A DNA stretch of 51,429 bases from positions 1-51,429 of the forward strand of contig JBHHYI010000008.1 of assembly GCA_046757525.1 (NCBI GenBank). The letters run 5' to 3'. The translations under genes were made by a program, and so were the position numbers. The notes beneath the pieces were generated by a model. That model saw only the letters and a program-made list of their open reading frames with translations. It did not search any database and was not told the DNA's origin. The stretch comes from a bacterium. GTDB lineage: Bacteria; Zhuqueibacterota; Zhuqueibacteria; Oceanimicrobiales; Oceanimicrobiaceae. Positions 47,967 to 51,429 of the stretch are shown in pieces; positions within the stretch are counted from its first letter, which is position 1, and each line of letters starts with the position of its first letter.

Positions 47967-48247
47967 TGGTGCGTGGCTTGTTCACAACCAGGTCCTATCC
48001 TGACACCTCATACTCTTAACGAGAAATCGATGTCTCACTGTGGCCTCTTTGCCACAACGGAAATAAGTCACCAAAAAACAAATTGATAAGGCGACACGGA
48101 AGGAATTATTGAGCCTTGAATGTCTCATTGTTGCGCCGGAGATGTCCTTGCACAGGAAACTGTCGGAAGCCTGATGCGACAATGCACTGTTGTTAAGAGA
48201 GTTAACTCAAGAAAAATTGTTGGCATCGTCCAAACATTTCGCAATGG

Positions 48248-48263
48248 TGGAATGTGATTTGCA
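48248..48263 (+). promoter_or_regulatory. sigma54 promoter
   Basis: TGGAAT-GTGAT-TTGCA (GG-N10-GC), 31 nt upstream of ATG 48295. Confidence 0.6.
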
Positions 48264-48294
48264 AGGTAATGCAGCAAAAAGGGCAGAGGTCATC

Positions 48295-48720
48295 ATGGAC
48301 ACCCATCTGGGCATCATCAAAAGTAAGGACCCCAAAACAATCTCTGTGCTTCGGGATGCGGGCAACGCCATTGGTTTGAAGCTGACTGTTGATGGAAGAG
48401 CCGCGGAGTTCTTGCTGCACCTGCAAGAAAATGACTACCGTGTTAGCATTTTTGACTATGGCGGAGTCGATTCCGATAGTTTGACCTGGGTACGCTTGAT
48501 TAGACGTTTGCGGCCCAAGCTTCCCCTCATCCTCGTTGGCGACCATCTGGACAAAAGTGTTGGTGCGCAAATGTACCAGGAAGGAATCTTCTATCTCGGC
48601 TTACGTCCACTGGACGCTAAGGTGTTAGTCGACGTGTTGCAGGCAGCCGTCCGGTCGTCAAATTCAACACGCCGAAAAGAAACCAAAGGCACTACATCCC
48701 GGACTTCAGAGCAGCGTTAA
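48295..48720 (+). CDS. Atypical stand-alone receiver-like protein
   Basis: SIFDY, IRRLRPKLPLILV, GIFYLGLRPLD; lacks the acidic pair and has R for the conserved K; SD GAGG. Confidence 0.6.
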   Translation: MDTHLGIIKSKDPKTISVLRDAGNAIGLKLTVDGRAAEFLLHLQENDYRVSIFDYGGVDSDSLTWVRLIRRLRPKLPLILVGDHLDKSVGAQMYQEGIFYLGLRPLDAKVLVDVLQAAVRSSNSTRRKETKGTTSRTSEQR

Positions 48721-48759
48721 GAGGTTCATTCTCAAGCTTACTAAAGGAGGTGACTAAAG

Positions 48760-49065
48760 ATGTGGCAAGGATGGGTCAATGGCATCATCGGGTTGTGGCT
48801 TATCCTATCCGGCATCGTTGGTGCAGGGTTAAACGCACCGTGGAACTACATCATCACCGGCGTGGTGGTAGCGATCCTGGGTTTCTGGATGATCAAGGTG
48901 TGGCAAAGCTTAATCTCTGGCATTCTTGGTCTCTGGATGATCGTCTGTGGGATCGTTGGTACCGCACTCATGCACCCGGCGAATCTGATCATCGTGGGCG
49001 TGGTAGTAGCCGGACTGAGCTTCTGGGAAAGCGTGACCAGGAAGCCACAAACCAGGATGGCTTGA
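48760..49065 (+). CDS. SPW-repeat-like 4-TM membrane protein
   Basis: Duplicated WQ..(V/I).GI(I/L)GLW...GIVG..N.II.GVVVA; SD AAGGAGG. Confidence 0.75.
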   Translation: MWQGWVNGIIGLWLILSGIVGAGLNAPWNYIITGVVVAILGFWMIKVWQSLISGILGLWMIVCGIVGTALMHPANLIIVGVVVAGLSFWESVTRKPQTRMA

Positions 49066-49074
49066 GTTGCTCAT

Positions 49075-49108
49075 GCGGCCTGGTTCTCTGAACCCGGCCG
49101 CGTTTCTT
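49075..49108 (+). terminator. Intrinsic terminator
   Basis: GCGGCC-T-GGTTC-TCT-GAACC-C-GGCCGC then GTTTCTT. Confidence 0.6.
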
Positions 49109-49285
49109 CCACCTCTTGGGCTAATGCATTGACCAGAGACGCCAGAGGTGCACTTTAAACACATTACCAGCCTTTCCAACAAAGTATCCTACCCCGAATT
49201 CATTTTGACCAATCTTCCCAAGCGCGGTTCGTAGCGAATTTTCTTTCCAGGAGGTCGTCCGGTTAGGTGGCATGAAGGGTCGGTG

Positions 49286-49312
49286 GCAAGGGAGCGCCCA
49301 CCGTGTCGATAA
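49286..49312 (+). promoter_or_regulatory. Putative sigma28 (FliA) promoter of flagellin
   Basis: GCAAG-N14-GTCGATAA. Confidence 0.5.
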
Positions 49313-49436
49313 TACAAACAGAGCCACGAAAATTTGCAACAAATTTCAGGCAAACGGAAAATCCCTTAATTCCTAACGTCTCGTGCGCATCCACAGACCG
49401 TATGTAAACAGTCATCATACAACAAGGAGAATTATT

Positions 49437-50279
49437 ATGGGAGCATTTGGTGATCTTAACCGGATCGGCACTAACATCCAGGCCTTGCAATCCCTGAATT
49501 CGCTCAACAAGATCAACAATCAGCTTGGCGTTCGCCAGTTGCGTTTGGCTACTGGCAAGCGAATCAACAGTGCTGAGGATGATGCGGCTGGCTTTGTCAT
49601 CGGCCGAAACTTGCAAGCGAGGTCGAAGGGTCTTGCGACGGCATTGAACAATGTTGGGGATGCCAAGTCTTTATTGTCCATTGCAGAAGGTGGCTTGAAC
49701 AACATCCTGGATATTTTGGAGACCATGAAGGAGAAGGCAACCCAGGCAGCCAGCGATACCCTTGGCAGTAGTGAACGAAATGCCATCGAAGACGAATTGG
49801 ACGCGTTAGCGGCGGAAATCGATGATATCGTGACCGAAACCACTTTCAACGGTGCGAGCTTGCTGACCTCCGTCAACAAGACCATCCAGACCGGTGCAGA
49901 GACTACCGACACTCTGGTGATTTCTGTTACCAGTCAAAGTCACACGGCGGGTGCCTTAACCGTGGACGACGCCAACATCACCGTGAGCTCGTCCTCTTTT
50001 GCCTCCGATGCCTTGAGCAAAATCAACACCGCCATTACCACCGTGAAGAACAGCATCGCTTCAATCGGCTCCTATCAGTCGCGACTGACGACCAAAGAAT
50101 CAACTTTGTCGACGGCTATAACCAACACGGAGGCCTCGCGTAGTCGGATCGTTGATGCTGACTTTGCCAAAGAGCAGCTCGAGTCGCTGAAACTGCAGAT
50201 ATTGCAACAAACGGCTTCGGCTTCGTTGACGCAGGCAAATGCTGCCCCGCAGGTAGTGTTGTCTCTATTCGGCGGTTAG
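49437..50279 (+). CDS. fliC: Flagellin, copy 1
   Basis: RLATGKRINSAEDDAAG, SRIVDADFA.E, QAN..PQ.VLSL; start ATG 49437 (SD AAGGAG). Confidence 0.97.
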   Translation: MGAFGDLNRIGTNIQALQSLNSLNKINNQLGVRQLRLATGKRINSAEDDAAGFVIGRNLQARSKGLATALNNVGDAKSLLSIAEGGLNNILDILETMKEKATQAASDTLGSSERNAIEDELDALAAEIDDIVTETTFNGASLLTSVNKTIQTGAETTDTLVISVTSQSHTAGALTVDDANITVSSSSFASDALSKINTAITTVKNSIASIGSYQSRLTTKESTLSTAITNTEASRSRIVDADFAKEQLESLKLQILQQTASASLTQANAAPQVVLSLFGG

Positions 50280-50397
50280 ACCAAGAGTACATTCCGCAAT
50301 TCTAATTAACCGGTAAAGACCGGAGAGCAAGGGAGGTGCTTTCTCAAATGTCAAGTGAGTACCACTACAATATCAAAGAACATTAAGGAGAACTATT

Positions 50398-51237
50398 ATG
50401 GGAGCATTTGGTGATCTTAGTCGAATCGGCACTAACATCCAGGCCTTGCAATCGTTGAATTCGCTCAACAAGATCAACAACCAGCTTGGCATTCGCCAGT
50501 TGCGTTTGGCGACTGGCAAGCGAATCAACAGTGCTGAGGACGACGCAGCGGGCTTTGTAATTGGCAGAAACTTGCAGGCGAGGTCCAAAGGTCTTGCGAC
50601 AGCATTGAACAATGTTGGGGATGCCAAGTCTTTGTTGTCCATTGCAGAAGGCGGCTTGAACAACATACTCGATATCTTGGAGACGATGAAAGAGAAAACA
50701 ACCCAGGCCGCCAGCGACACCCTTGGCACTTCAGAGCGGAATGCCATCGAGGATGAACTGGATGCCCTGGGCGATGAAATTGATGACATCGTCAGTGAAA
50801 CCACCTTCAACGGGATTTCCCTCTTGAGTGGCGTGACGAAAAGCTTTCAAACCGGGGCTGAAACAACCGACACCCTGACCGTAACCGTAACTTCCGCTAA
50901 CCACGACTCCGCTGCGCTGGGCGTTGCCGACGCAAGCATCCAGGTGGACTCTGCGGCGAACGCTTCCACCGCGCTCAGTCGGGTAAATTCGGCCATTACC
51001 ACGGTAAAAAACAGCATTGCTTCGATTGGCTCTTATCAGGCACGACTGGCAACCAAAGAATCCACTTTGTCCACAGCCATCACCAACACCGATGCCTCGC
51101 GAAGTCGGATTCTGGATGCCGATTTCGCCAAAGAGCAGCTCGAGTCCCTGAAACTGCAAATATTGCAGCAAACGGCCTCGGCGTCTTTAACCCAAGCAAA
51201 CGCGGCTCCGCAGATTGTGCTTTCGCTATTCCGTTAA
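50398..51237 (+). CDS. fliC: Flagellin, copy 2
   Basis: Same D0/D1 motifs; termini near-identical to copy 1. Confidence 0.97.
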   Translation: MGAFGDLSRIGTNIQALQSLNSLNKINNQLGIRQLRLATGKRINSAEDDAAGFVIGRNLQARSKGLATALNNVGDAKSLLSIAEGGLNNILDILETMKEKTTQAASDTLGTSERNAIEDELDALGDEIDDIVSETTFNGISLLSGVTKSFQTGAETTDTLTVTVTSANHDSAALGVADASIQVDSAANASTALSRVNSAITTVKNSIASIGSYQARLATKESTLSTAITNTDASRSRILDADFAKEQLESLKLQILQQTASASLTQANAAPQIVLSLFR

Positions 51238-51259
51238 TCTCTACCGAAGTCGATCAATT

Positions 51260-51291
51260 AAGGGGTTTTCAAATATGAAGACCCCTTTTTT
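51260..51291 (+). terminator. Intrinsic terminator after the flagellins
   Basis: AAGGGGTTTTCA-AATA-TGAAGACCCCTT plus T tract. Confidence 0.85.
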
Positions 51292-51348
51292 GTTATTAAC
51301 CGGTCTTCAGCACTTTTTGGGAGCCAGGAAACTGCAAACGATGAGTAC

Positions 51349-51375
51349 TTTAGTCCCTTTCCAATATGCCGATAT
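51349..51375 (+). promoter_or_regulatory. Putative sigma28 promoter for the next (off-window) gene
   Basis: TTTAG-N14-GCCGATAT. Confidence 0.55.
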
Positions 51376-51429
51376 GCTTTTAGGAAACGCTCTGTTGTAT
51401 GTAACGCAATCGTCGCGATTGCGAGGGCG

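Noticed and set aside
1264..51171. Long antisense or alternate-frame ORFs (e.g. 1264-2349, 13934-14965, 31586-32434, 39614-40693)
   Set aside because: Shadows of well-supported genes with no recognisable motifs.
1..51429. CRISPR arrays, tRNA/rRNA, transposases, integrases, selenocysteine read-through
   Set aside because: No spaced repeats, RNA gene signatures, recombinase motifs or in-frame TGA at catalytic Cys positions were seen by eye.

Overview
Bacterial respiratory/redox region; flagellin and intergenic-repeat style suggest an FCB-group lineage such as KSB1/Calditrichota (inference only). In order: a degenerate fluoride riboswitch ahead of a dynamin-like remnant; a CsoR-CopA copper efflux operon; add, aat, a transsulfuration lyase, an OM barrel and an EamA transporter; a non-canonical cbb3 oxidase cluster (diheme cyt c, ccoN, ccoO, stand-alone CcoP-like anchor, ccoI); a FixL-type heme-PAS kinase with a sigma54 activator; AIR-synthase-like, radical SAM and TPR genes; a collapsed [NiFe]-hydrogenase operon (hypA, large-subunit and protease fragments joined within ~130 bp) followed by intact hypFCDE; and two tandem flagellins. 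The main finding is a ~9 kb sigma54-driven operon encoding a Cyc2-like cytochrome-porin, two cupredoxin-domain proteins, a cytoplasmic GltD/DsrL-like FAD/FeS NAD(P)H oxidoreductase, a Rieske/split cytochrome b complex, an octaheme cytochrome c and a lipoprotein cytochrome c. This is a candidate outer-membrane-to-NAD(P)H electron conduit. All family calls come from motif recognition by eye; no searches were run.
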